A DNA stretch of 64,000 nucleotides from Spironucleus salmonicida (taxonomy: Eukaryota). Each line of letters starts with the position of its first letter. The stretch's first letter is position 1. Positions 13,118-25,963 of the stretch are shown piece by piece. Made by a program: the position numbers and the translations under genes. The stretch lies in the NCBI RefSeq assembly GCF_000497125.1, contig NC_090596.1, positions 248,001-312,000 on the forward strand, written 5' to 3'. The notes beneath the pieces are model-generated. The model made no database searches. It saw nothing but the letters and a program-made list of their open reading frames with translations, and was not told the DNA's origin.

Positions 13118-15832
13118 TCATTTTCTATTATTTTGTCTTTAGCTACTTATATATTTTTGGGATACTTTTTTTGAACCAATAGAACCTTTAGATCTAGAAG
13201 ATTTAATCTATGGTTTTTAATAGTTAGATTATTATTCTTAAACGTCTTGGTCTATACCGAGTAACATATGTTTTATTCCTAAAGCGATTGCATTTCTTCT
13301 GAGAGATTCCTATTATTTATATTATAACTTAATTTCTTCTGTAGATAATAATTAATTAACCATAGCCACATTCATAATCTTATCTATATTAATATCTACT
13401 TCAATTCCCGTCTCCAATAGCACCTTATTTTATGCAATATATACTCCATAAAACCCTTAATAAGTTCCATCTTTCACTATTATGGAATTAAATAATTCTA
13501 CTTCTTGTATGTTAGACATCCCTGGTTATTTAATAGTAATTTTCGAAATTTTAAGTGTCTTAAACAACCCTTTAGAATAACCTACACAAATTTCTTAATG
13601 CACTTTTGTAATCATGAATATTTATTCTTTAAATGATACAAACACTCCTAAATCTAATCCATTTTTATAATCTTTTTCAGGTATTTTTACAATTAATTAA
13701 TTATTAAGATCAGTGTCATATGGTATATCTTACATAGTATCCAACTAAAGACCACAAACTAAGCAAGGAATCTATGCTTAAATATAAATACAAGCACATA
13801 TTCTACAACACGAATGACCACACCTCAAAATAACGGGCTACTTTATTAGTTCCCAACACCCTGAACATAGAAATGGTAAATCAGGATTTTTAAAAGTCAA
13901 ATCTAATACCCAATTCTTCTATTACTTTTAGATATAACATACCTTTTCTTTTAAATCCTATTTAACTATTTCTACAATTTAATTACAAGGATGGTATTTT
14001 TACTTAGGATCATTGTACTGCACTAAATTAAGTCTTTTCCTCCGTTCCTCAACTATATCTATCATAAATTATTTTTTATTCTCAAGTTAGGACCGTTTTT
14101 CAGCTTCTTTTTAATTTTATTCTATAATTTTTTATTGAACTTTTTGTTTAATCTCTTCATATTCTAATTCTTTATCTTTAATTTACTAAATCTTGCCTCG
14201 TTATTTTTATTCCAAAATTTCTGTGCGTATATCATCTATCAACTTAAAACCATTTAATAGTAACATTTGTGCTTCAACTACTGCACCTTAAATTTAGTTT
14301 CTTGAACAAATTATAAACTAATCTTTTTCCTATAATAAAATTCCAAAATCCTTATCCATATATATCATTCCAATTCTTGGTCTCAATGCGGTTACTAATT
14401 TAGTAACATTAATAGCTTATAGTTTTACAGTATGTACATAAGTAGTCTATGATGGCCCTTATAATACCCAACAATTAACTCTATTTGGATCATCAATTAA
14501 AATACTTACCTAATCATCTATCATCACAGGCATCGCTCTATCAATCATAGGAGAATGCGATGGAATCTTAGAATACATTTATAGAATTAATTTTTTGTTA
14601 ACTGAATTTAACCCATATTTCTTACTGATATCTTTTCCGCATCCTAGACAAGGAAGTTTAAGTGATAATAAATCTCGTGCACAAGTAAAGCAACAATTAC
14701 AACCACAAATTAACTATACAGGGACTCTATAGTAAAATTTACATGCTGGACATATAAATTAACTGTTAAAATTTGATTAAAAGTTAATACCAATCCTTAA
14801 ATATGTTTCTAAATTTGTTGAACTTGTACTGGTATTATTTTTAATTAGCGTAACCGTATTTAGAACAGGTTCATCGGCTATCAACATAAAAATATTAGAA
14901 TTTTTATCAAAATTTAGATATTAGTTTGTAAATTGCAAAAATTTTGGCATTTCAGGATCATAAACATCAATATCATTATCACCAATAAAAAATTTATCGA
15001 CAATTTTGATATTAGCCCTTTGAATAACAAAACCTCCTCGTATAGGTCTAGTACAGATAGGATAATACTTAAAATTAATAGGAAATATTGAATTTAATAT
15101 ACCTTTCCATTTTTATGAAGCTAAAGCTACTGTTGCAATTTTTACAGGCATAAATTTTAGGGGTTATTCTTATTCAATACATGCCCTGGGGTCTTTTTTA
15201 TTCTTTTTTATTTTGTCTGATTTCGGTTATATTAAATTCTGATCTTCTAAAATAATATCGCTTTATATCCATTCTCTCATGTTTTCTTTTATATACCCAT
15301 TCTCTATTTTCGTAAAAAAGCCTAATGTATAAGGATTTACCTTTTCGTACTTTTACAAAACCACAACACATTAATCTAACTCTGCTAACACATGTCTTTT
15401 TAAATATTAGCTAACATCATTTTGAAGTAAAATATTATGCAAAAATTCGTCATATTCATCCCCACAACATGGACATTTTTTAAAACTCCATAAAATATTA
15501 CTTCTATGTAGACATAATGAACAAATTGTATGATTACAAGGAAGAGTGACTGGAAACTAAAATGGCTCTAAACAAACTGAACAAAAACACAATTACTATA
15601 AAATTACCTATTATACTTCTTAATTTATATATTTAACACCAATATTTACCTTTTTCTTCTCATCGGTTATTAAAATATTTTTAATTAAATATTTCTTCTA
15701 TTTCTTGAATGAAACTCGCGTCATAGTCTATTAATCTAAAAATTCTGTCGTATCATTATCTAAATACTATAATGTCTCTTCAATTTCATTATCTAAATTT
15801 TCAATATCTTCTAGTGTAATGTGTCCGGACAT
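13118..15832 (-). CDS. Protein with three RING-HC fingers (904 aa), putative E3 ligase
   Basis: CSVCLEPFQFPVTLPCNHTICSLC...CPCC; CPACKFYYRVPVQLICGCNCCFTC...CLGC; CSGCWELIKQPVILRCGHSCCRIC...CLVC, all in one frame. Confidence 0.8.
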
Positions 15833-15865
15833 TTTTTAAACTACTTATTATATACTATAATATCG

Positions 15866-17401
15866 TCAAATCACTTCACAAATTGACTCAGAAACAATAG
15901 CATCTAAACTTTAATATTTTGGTATTCTTTCAATTAGTTCTCTACAATTATCCACAACAATCCAGCGTCCTTTAACATCTTTTTTTTCTAAAATTTCACG
16001 AAATTACCAAATTGGCATTACCCTAGAAACTAGAAAACTAGTATTTCCATATTTTACTTAGATTATTCTTCCATTATACTTCTTTTTCACTATTCCACTC
16101 TCACTGTTCTCAACTCCTTAATCAGTTTTTTCATCATATATACAATTTTTCAAGGTTTACAGGAGTTCAATCTCACAACCTTCCAAACAAGTTCTACTTA
16201 CCTAAATCTGAAATTCAATGACAATTTATTGGCAAATTAAGTCGTTTCTCAGCATAAACCCTTACTTTTTGAGCATAAAGTTAGCATAAAAAATACGAAA
16301 ATCCTAAATTTATTTGCGCGTAACATCCCCTGCATTGAACGTTTTGATAGTCTTAAAGAAAACAGCACATGCAAAATTGGCAACTTTCTCAGCTCCAAAA
16401 TTGTCTATATCCGAAATTCTAAAATGTTTTAAGTTAGGAAAAAGCTAATTTAAAATATAAAGACTTTATAATGAAATTTTACATTTTGCAATATTAAGAA
16501 ATATAAGATCTTACATAATAAAATTAATTTAGTTCAATTAATTATTTATTGATTTTTTGTTTATTTCTTCATCATAGATCAAATTATTTACTAGAGATAA
16601 ATGTGATAGATTTGGAAATTTTTAAATTAACGTCAAAAACTGTGAAAATGTCATTTTTTGTGCATGATTTAACTGTAACTTAACAATAGAATTACTTGCA
16701 GTTAGCATGTTTAAGTCTATGTTAACGTTATTCATTAAAATTTCAGTAATACATGAGATAGTAAGTAAATTGTTAACAACATTAATCTGATTTTATTAAA
16801 TTTCATTGATAAAAATACTGCAGGTTTTAAAATTGATTTGTGAGAGTTAAGAAGTTATATCTTCAGAAATATCGAAATTAACACCTCCTAGATCGAGTAT
16901 TTTGAGACTTTTTATAAATTTTAATAGCAATAATGCTTCACCATTAATCGGATTTCCTGAAAGGTCAAGGAATTCACAGTTTGGAATTAATGCATTCAGC
17001 TTTTCAAAATCATCAATAAATCCACAATTTTCCACTGATATAGATTATAGTTTGCCAATTTAAGATTATTGTTTATCAATTTGAGAGATTCCTTTAAATT
17101 CTACTGCTTTATCAAGCATTCCATCAGAAAACTGCATTTCCGAGGTTGCCTGACGTGATGTCACATATTTTTCTACAATAAGTGTCTCTAAACATTTTAA
17201 TAATTTTTTAGGCTTCACAAAAGCTCCATGTAATGGCTATGATGTAAAATATCGTATATTTTCAAACATTCCATCATACTTGCCTACTGCATTGTCATAT
17301 GAAATTCCAATGAATTATTAATCCTTAATATCTCCAATAAATACTATTGTGGCTTTTTCTCGTGTTTCTGAATTCATAACACGCTCATTTATAACAAACA
17401 T
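15866..17401 (-). CDS. TBCE: Tubulin-specific chaperone E (CAP-Gly + LRR, 511 aa)
   Basis: N-terminal CAP-Gly ATIVFIG...IGISYDNAVGKYDGMFENIRYF...GAFVK followed by LRRs (CEFLDLSGNPI, LKILDL). Confidence 0.8.
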
Positions 17402-17523
17402 TTTATATTTTAAATAAGTTAATAGAATATATATTATAACTAATAATAGACGAATAACGAATATACAATGCATAATATTATTTTATTATGATATTATTGT
17501 AATTTATCTATCGAATCACTAAA

Positions 17524-18129
17524 ATGGCTAAGATGCAATAGTCAGATTATGTATTTTTTGATTGGTTAGCGGCCTTGTAAGCGTTTATAGCATCGTTGTC
17601 ACCTTATTAATTTGTATAAACTGGTATATATACTGCAATTTCTCTGTCAATCATTGGTGCTGGTACTGGTATTATGATGATTGGAGCTTCTTTAACTTAA
17701 GCTACTATTCATCATCCTGAAATTAAGTCTAAAAATTTATTGTCTATATTATTTTGCGAAGCTATTGCACTATATGGAATTATCATGGGAATTATTTTAT
17801 TTTCCTCAACAGGAGCAGAACAGGCGAATATAATTTTAAACACAGCAAACTATGATGGACCAAGATATTATACAGACTAAATAATATAAAATGACGTTAA
17901 TAACCTTGCTACAGGATTTTCAATAGGTTTTGGTGGTATCACTGTTGGTTGTTGTAATATTGTTGCTGCTTTAACTGTTGGTATATTAGGATCATCTGTT
18001 GTTATAGCACATTCAAATAGTCCTGCTATCTTTGTTAAACTATTTATAGCTGAGGTTTTTGCCGAGGCTATAGCTCTTATTGGCCTCATTGCGGGTATTG
18101 TCATGAGTCTTGGAGGCAAATTTAAGTGA
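17524..18129 (+). CDS. VMA16: V-ATPase V0 proteolipid subunit c'' (201 aa)
   Basis: [26 protein letters not shown] and [25 protein letters not shown] match ATP6V0B/Vma16. Confidence 0.9.
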
Positions 18130-18206
18130 AATTAACTTAATATACTGAATATTAATTATTTGGTTTTCTTTATTAATATATTATTATATATAATAGAGAT
18201 AAATTT

Positions 18207-19151
18207 TCAAAAAGTTAAAATGTCAGAAACTTTTATCTCAGTTGAAAAGCTTCCTTCCGCCGTTAAAAAGTATCTACCTGTGTTTGCATCTATTTTTCCT
18301 CTTTTATTTTTATCAAATTTGATCAATTTACTTTCTATGCCTTTCAATGAATTCTGCTATATTTCTGATACAATTTCATTATTACCAGTGTTCTATTTTG
18401 TAATAACTTTAGCATTTATAATCAGCCAGTCTATCTCTTTTATATGCTTATTTTTTGTTCTTAAATGCAACTCGCTTCAAATAATAATTTTTAGTTCACT
18501 TTAGCTCGTCTGCCTCTATGCATATTTCCTTGGAATGGATCTTAATGATCTGCGTGAAAATATAGCAATTTGCTTTGATTGATTTCGCTCGATTCACTCT
18601 TCTTTCTATCTGGATTTAAGTACTTTTATTTCTGCATTAGCCTCTAATAGTGCTTATTTCAGGGTCTTAATTTAAGAATACAGTTTACTATGACCTAAAA
18701 ATCCTTAGTTTAGTTTCTCTATTTCCTCTTTCTATCTGTCAATTAACACTGAATTTTCAGCATTTTTCCTAGTTAGATTGTGATTCTCGGATATTAAAAA
18801 TTCTGGTGAATTAGATGTAAAAAGTGATAGTTATGATTCAAGAGTAGAGACCCGTTACTTCAACTAACTATTTTCATTAATTAAAAACGTATTATCTTAA
18901 ACCTGGTGAATAAGTGAGGCTTATATATTTTAAATATTTATATTAATGCTTTTTTATGCCTGCAAAAGGTGATTTTATGTTGTAGTAGAACGTTTTTCTT
19001 ATCCTAGTTACTCTAATTAGTTTCTAGCTAGCTACTACTTTAAGGAGCTATTTTAAGTATGCAGATCAAGTATTCTTGCATTTAATAATTTAGTTTATTA
19101 GGTTAAATGAGTATTTAAATGGCGTGAAGTCAGTAAATCATGTTGATCCAT
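18207..19151 (-). CDS. Coiled-coil hypothetical protein (314 aa)
   Basis: Table 6 ORF MDQHDLLTSRH...DILTF*; Q/K/E-rich heptads. Confidence 0.65.
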
Positions 19152-19516
19152 TTTTAATTAGTTGATAATGTATTATTAATATATAATAAAGTTGGAAGAA
19201 ATAATTTAGAATAATTTTAAAGATCTAATAATCTAAGAGTAAATAATATATGATTTTTCAACAATTGAGAATAGTTGGTATATAATTTTGTTTAACAGTT
19301 ATAAAAGCAATAATGATAGCGTACGAAAGTAAATTAAAATACTGCAAAGCGTTCCGTTTATGCGCCAATAATTTATTTGATAAATATAGAAACTAGTTTG
19401 TAATTGTTGTCATAACTATAATTTATATCATAAAATTATAATAATGACTCTATCAAAAATTTCAAAAAATAATAAACACTAATAATACTAAGATTATATT
19501 TATTTTTTAATTGAAA

Positions 19517-19717
19517 ATGGGATGCCAAGTAAGTCAAGTGAAGGGTTTTCAAGAGATTAAGCTAAAAAATTATTCAATAGAGTCTGCCAGATCAATGAAA
19601 TCAAGAAGATCAATAACAGGTCCACCATGTTTTTATCCATTTAAATCTGAGCTAGGAGTATATTCAATTGTAGAAGATGAAGAGGCCTCGTTTATGTCAA
19701 TAAAAAATCATCACTGA
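19517..19717 (+). CDS. Small protein with N-terminal acylation motif (66 aa)
   Basis: MGCQVSQ start (G2, C3, S6); AT-rich promoter-like sequence upstream; TGA stop. Confidence 0.6.
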   Translation: MGCQVSQVKGFQEIKLKNYSIESARSMKSRRSITGPPCFYPFKSELGVYSIVEDEEASFMSIKNHH

Positions 19718-20664
19718 GTATATAAGTCTTTAACTTGAACAACTTTTACTCCTTTAATTTCGCTAGTTTTTTCTAAGTACTGCATAGCATTTTTTTGTTG
19801 AAAGTCAATACAACAAACACTAAACATAGTGTATTACTTTTAGAGTTAATATTTTATCCACGATACTGCGAATTCTGTACTTTTATCATTTTAGAATGAA
19901 AGAATGCATGCATTATGTTTTGTTTTGATACTTATTATAAACTCTGATTCTAGTCTAACACTCTTTATTATCCCTAATGCGTGATTTATTGTTTTAATTG
20001 GTATTTCTGTATTAACCATTTATATAACTTACTTTCCACTTATTAAATCATCCCCTTGAATACTGACAATACCTAGAGTCACCCAACATTAATTATACAG
20101 AGCTGAACCTATTTCTTGGCTAAGAATTTCTTCTATTTTATCTTAGAAATGACCAAAAATGTATATAAATTTATCTTCATTAGAATCAAAATCTATCATT
20201 TCCGTTGAAATTTATTAAAATTCAAATATTTTTTGTGGTTAATTAATCAGCTTAATTTCTGGAACAAGAATAGAGCTTTTATCAAACTTCAGCCCATGTG
20301 AGCGTTCTATATTTTATGCTAAACAAATAGTTCTTACCTTGCCCTTCAAAGTTGAAATTTATGACTTCAAGGATTATAACAGTTGAAGTTCTTATTCCAT
20401 TTATTTTTTTGATTCTTTCAGTTCCTACGTAATACCTCTATTCTAAATTTCTAATTCATGAACTGATACTTCTTCATTAACTTTTTTAGAGGAAATAGCG
20501 TTAGATAAAATTTCCCGTTATTTAATAAGATCTTACGTAGTATGATATAAAGAATTTGAGGCTTCTAATATTTCAGACTAATCCTTCATTGAGTTACTAA
20601 TCTAAGTAACTAAATATTATTTTTACTATTTAAGAGCAAATTGGTGTTAAATAAGTGATTCCAT
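19711..20664 (-). CDS. Hypothetical protein with N-terminal coiled coil (317 aa)
   Basis: MESLIQHQF...KDLYTQ* ending CAGTGA; start and stop in frame. Confidence 0.65.
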
Positions 20665-20721
20665 TATTTTAAAGTTATAAATTTAAAAAGAAAAATTATA
20701 TTACTATATAATAAAATATTT

Positions 20722-23085
20722 TCAATCACTAGAATTTTCGCTACTACTACTTATTCCACCTCCAAAAATTTTCTTAGCTTGCTACCTAGCCCAAGAGCTG
20801 TTTCTTTAAGGAGACTCTTACTCTGATTCAGAATCTGAAGATAGTTCATACGCTATTTTCTTCATCTACTAAGCAACAGACTTCTAAATAGCATTATCTT
20901 CTGTTTAGATAGTTGGTGATTTAATAATCGGAGAATGAACTTCCTGTGCACCTACTTACTCTAAAACCAGATCGCTTGAACTTTACTTTGTTTTCATTGC
21001 TTAAATTAGTTACTATGCTAATAATAAATCATCCTACGGCTTAACTGCAGAGGAAATTACATTATTTTATCGCTAGTCAAAATTACCAACAATTGCTTAT
21101 GCCTCTTCTCTCCCTATAGATACATTAAAACTATCCCCGCTTACCATTTAGCTTAAAATACTACTCATTTCTTACTAAAAATTAGGTATTTCTATTTTAG
21201 TATTTATATTGAGCATTGGACCTTAGTGTCTAGGAATTACAGATTAAGCATGGTCTTACTATTTTATTTTCTAATTATTTATATAAAGTGACTCTTTTTA
21301 ATTGGAAATTAACTGATAATTTCCGTCCAAATACTAGACATTTCGTCCAATTAAGCTCGGCAACGCAGCAACTTTACATTTCATTCGCCCGAAAGGCTTC
21401 AAATCAATCCATTTTTCATCAAATGCAGAGGATTATAATTATTCTAAGCTAAGGACTCCGATTAATTTTTTCTACTGAACCATATCATCAATAAGAATAT
21501 GTACAACTAATGGTGAAATTTATTGTGAATTTTATTCAAAAATTGGTACAGATTGAGTGAACATTGCATGCCCTGCTGCGATTGGTTGATTTTGCAGAAC
21601 CAGTTTTTCGATATTATTTTACACGAATTGAACACTAATTATAGACACAGAATATTCACCTAAACAGTCAAATTCCAGTCGCTGAATAAAAAGTTAACTA
21701 ATTTTTGTAGTGTTTAAAATAGTTTTAACATATTAATCATTAGATTTATAGTTTTAGCTGTTTAAATTTAATATTTTCGGTTATTATGATACAGATACTA
21801 GACTTTGAACTTATTTTTAGATAAAATATTCATTACGTTCCTAATCATAAAATAATCCATCTTCTATTTCTTATAGACGCTATTTTTATTTTGCGTTTTC
21901 TACTAATTCATCTAGCTCATATTGAGTCCCCTTATTCTCAAACTGTTTTTGTAAAGTTCCATTCTGGGCTAAAAGATTGGAGTTAAATTAGACTTTTTGT
22001 TTTACTTGTTGAAAATTAACATTTTTTCTTTAAAATTCCATTGAGTCTTATCTTTTTGGGCATGCAAAACCAATTAACTCAGTTGAAAATGGAATTATTT
22101 TAAAGGTTTGAAAGTGTTAATTTTGTAATATCCCTGCATCTCCAACTTGTTATTTATTAAGAATAAGATTAAAATTAGAAGATTCAAAAATTGTATTTTA
22201 CAAAAAATTATCATAGATAAGTTCAGTTTAATGTAGTAGAAAATAATTTTAATTTTTTAATTTTTAACTAAAATTACCTTTCATAAATTAAGAAATTTCT
22301 TAAGTTCCTTAAACTTCAAACCCATTGATTTTTCCTTGAAATACTATCTAGATAGATGCGTTTTCTAAGTATGGGATAACAATTGAGATATCTGGTACGA
22401 ATTAATATATAAACGGTTAGGTTGAATTTATTAAAACTAGATTAATATTTGAGGTTAAATCAAAAAGCTTAAATTATTGAGGAACTCCAGTGATTTAGAT
22501 ATAAAAACGTAATTAGAAATTTGTATCTTTTGGGTTCTATTAAGATATAAAATTAAGTGTCTTGATATATATGATAACTGATTCTGGAATATAAAGTTCT
22601 GGTTCAGAGTCAGTATCTGGACATATTGATAGTACTCTTTATGCATTTCTTTAAATCATAGATTTTTAAGTGTTAGTAGTATTTTATTCTGACACTGAAT
22701 CATTTTTATGTAATTTTTTCTACTTATTCTGGGACACTTTTTAGTGTAAAAGATCATTTTCAAGCTGGTCCAGCTAAATTTTAGCAGTTTATAGTACAAA
22801 TCCTTATTCAGGAAGAGGGCGTGAGGTATTGTAAGCTACATCTTAATTATCTTAATTTCTAAGATCCATATTCTAGTTCTTCTACTATGAAATATACAGT
22901 GCCTATTTAAATTATGCCGAATCATTAGAGGCGGAATGAATTGAAATTTCATTTTTAATCTCTTATTGTGTCTCATTGATCTTAATTTTAAGTTATTTCG
23001 ATTTATTAATAACAGATTATAATTTGCTAGATGAATCTTTTTAGACCCCAGTTTTTAGTTATTTAGAGGCTTGCGCGTATGACAT
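20722..23085 (-). CDS. Hypothetical protein with possible C2-like domain (787 aa)
   Basis: Frame checked line by line, no TGA; VHILIDDMVQQKKLIGVLSL...EKWIDLKPFGRMKCKV resembles the C-terminal half of a C2 domain. Confidence 0.65.
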
Positions 23086-23237
23086 TTATAAAATTGGAAA
23101 ATATTTCTATTATACTATATATAATAATAAAATATTAAATATTTTAATTACATATATTAATTACAAAATAATTAATAATTAAAACCTAAATATTAATATT
23201 ATATAATATAAAATTTTAATATAAAATTTTTATAAAA

Positions 23238-23762
23238 ATGTTCAATGAGAGATACTCTGTTCATATTCATGGTACTGTCAATGCTGTTTATACTACAAAA
23301 GCAAACGCTCACATATAATATTAAATAGTTTCCCGGCCACCATGGAAATCAGTATATGGCAATACGGCTGGGAAAACGGCTTTGGGAAAAAGATAGTCTT
23401 CATAATAGTTTGGGCATCGTTGTATAATCGCTCACTAATTTTAACTTCAGTTGGTGAAAGAATAGGCCAACCCATTAGGATGGCCTTAAATTGTTTTTGA
23501 AGCTTATGAAATGAGTTTTGCAGGTAAAGATAAACTCATTGGATATGGAATTCTTCGGGTACCTCTTTTTAACTCTAGAGAAATCATTAAAGTTCCTATA
23601 TTTTATCCCACGGTTGCAGGAGATGGGGTTGGTGCTATCACGGGTATATAACCGGAATTAAATGATCCAAAGCTACTTGCATAAAGTACATCTAGAGGGC
23701 ATATCTCTACCAAAAGCACGGGAGAATGGATTGAGGTTTTATTAGATACTGTAGTTGTCTGA
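23238..23762 (+). CDS. B9D1: B9 domain ciliary transition-zone protein, B9D1-like (174 aa)
   Basis: NPLGWPQIVFEAY...GKDKLIGYGILRVP...PIFYP...PELNDPKLLAQ...R...KSTG aligns with B9D1 NPFGWPQLVLSVY...RGYGAVHVP...PEYTDPKVVAQ. Confidence 0.8.
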
Positions 23763-23811
23763 TTAAAATCATTATTTTCATTATTATATGTTATTATAAT
23801 TATTTAAAATA

Positions 23812-25908
23812 ATGTTTATTTTACTTTTATAAAAATAATATGTTAGTACATATATAGGATCATATATGTCTAATACCAACCTAACTAGAGAGATCATAGC
23901 AAGTACAAATAATACAATCACAATTTCTTTTATAACCAATAAGTAAATCTCTAATAATTACTTAATGAATATATAAGTTTTTGGTTCACAATATCTTGAT
24001 TCAAAATATGCTGTTTTATGTGGATATGGATAATATTGGCATGATATTTATAGAACATAGGCAGATCTCAGTTTAAGTCTTTGTAGAGAACCATCTTTGG
24101 ATCAAACAGAAGCTTATATACTTGCTAGAACTTAAGGTGAAAATTGGCCTACAGTTATATAACGATAGTTTAATGAATCAAAAAATCATAATAAAGATGA
24201 TTGCGAATTTATGTTTTATGCTAATTTTTACAATTAAACTACTGACAGTTCTAATGTTCCTGTTGATTATAAAGTTATAAATAATATTAGTAATACAATT
24301 AATGTAATATAGGGACTTATCATCAGTTAAGATTGTCGAATATCTATGGTGATTAATGCGAAATTATATAGACCAACGTACTAAAAGAAAACTCTATCTT
24401 TAGTTTTACTAATACAGCTAATCATATTACCAATAATATGTATTATTAAGGTTTATGTAAAAAACACAGGATATAATAATATAATATTCACTTAGCATTA
24501 AAACTATTCTATTTATTTTAATTTTGATATTATTATCCAAGGAATCATTATGATTTGCATGAGTACCGAATTAGTTTTTGTATCATTCACACAACTTTAC
24601 TTTCTAAAAGTATATTTGTTTGTAAGCATTCTTATTCTTATTGATGTAGTAATTTTGCAATCAGAATTATGTTTTCAATTTTCTAAATTACTTTGCTCAT
24701 ATAGAAATATATAATTTTTGTATTTAAAACATAAATTTTATACATTTATAGTTATTTTAACTACCGTCATTATTTAAATTATTGGAATTAAACTGTTACC
24801 AGCTGAATTTATACTGATTACAATTTTACTTTTAATTGTAAAGAATCTACTCAGACTCATAAAAAGTTTCTATTATGAATAATAGAACTTATAATCTCAC
24901 CAAATATATCTAATTATAAACTTTGTAACATGTGTGTTGTATGACACATCATTCTTTTTAACAATAGACATAATTGTAGGTAAAGATAATATTCAACGAA
25001 AATAACCACTTAATTTTTCATTTATTCCCATATGTATTTTATCAGCAGTGTTATTACTATTATCATGTATTGTTTAGTTTACAATAATCTTTAAGAAAAC
25101 TAAGAATATTAGTGAAATTGCAATCATTAAATCGACTTTACCATATAAATATATTAAAGAACTTATTCCATCAGTTTATAAACTTAATTAACATTATATA
25201 GCTGTGCCATATAACTATATAATAGAATCAGTTAATTATGGCTGTTTACAATGTCATAATCCATATCATAACCATTCAGAGTATTTTGGTTAATAAAATT
25301 TATTCACTTTTAAAAATATATAACTTCCTACTAATAGTTAGTGTTTCCTTTTAATTAGTGAATAATAACTAAATTCAGCCACATGTGCAATTTGCTTAGA
25401 TAATTTGGAGTTACATAGTGCAAATAATTTTTATTATGATTTAGAAGGTTATATTTAAGAAGAAACAATATGTATTAAGTCTAAAGATCTTTCTGCAAAT
25501 GCATTTCATTAGACACAATATTCCGAATTTGAAGATGAAATACCAACTATTCCATATTTTTAGTTACCAAATTTTAACGACTGTGAGAATGAGGTTAATA
25601 GTAAAAAGTTTGCAGATGATGTCGATCACTTTACACTGCCAAATTTTGATGATTTTGAGTGCAATGGAGAGATTCAGCTACCAATATTTGCTTTACCGAA
25701 CTTCAACTTTATTAATTCTTCTGAACTTAGTCATAATTAGTATCCTATTTTAGAAGATAAAATAATTATTACTAATTTACCAAAAGGCAAAAGTAATAAT
25801 ATTATAATCACTAAATGTAAACACATTTTTCATAAGTTTTGCTTATCATAATGGGTATAAGCTGGAAATCCATAATGTCCCATTGACCGATAACTATTAT
25901 CAGAATGA
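23812..25908 (+). CDS. Multi-pass membrane RING-H2 E3 ligase, Tul1/Dsc1-like (698 aa)
   Basis: Hydrophobic N-terminus, lumenal region, several TM segments, then CAICLD...ITKCKHIFHKFCLSQWVQAGNPQCPIDR at the C-terminus. Confidence 0.7.
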
Positions 25909-25963
25909 ATTATATTAACATTTTATTATATTATATAGGTAAATAATTTACAACTCCGCAAAA

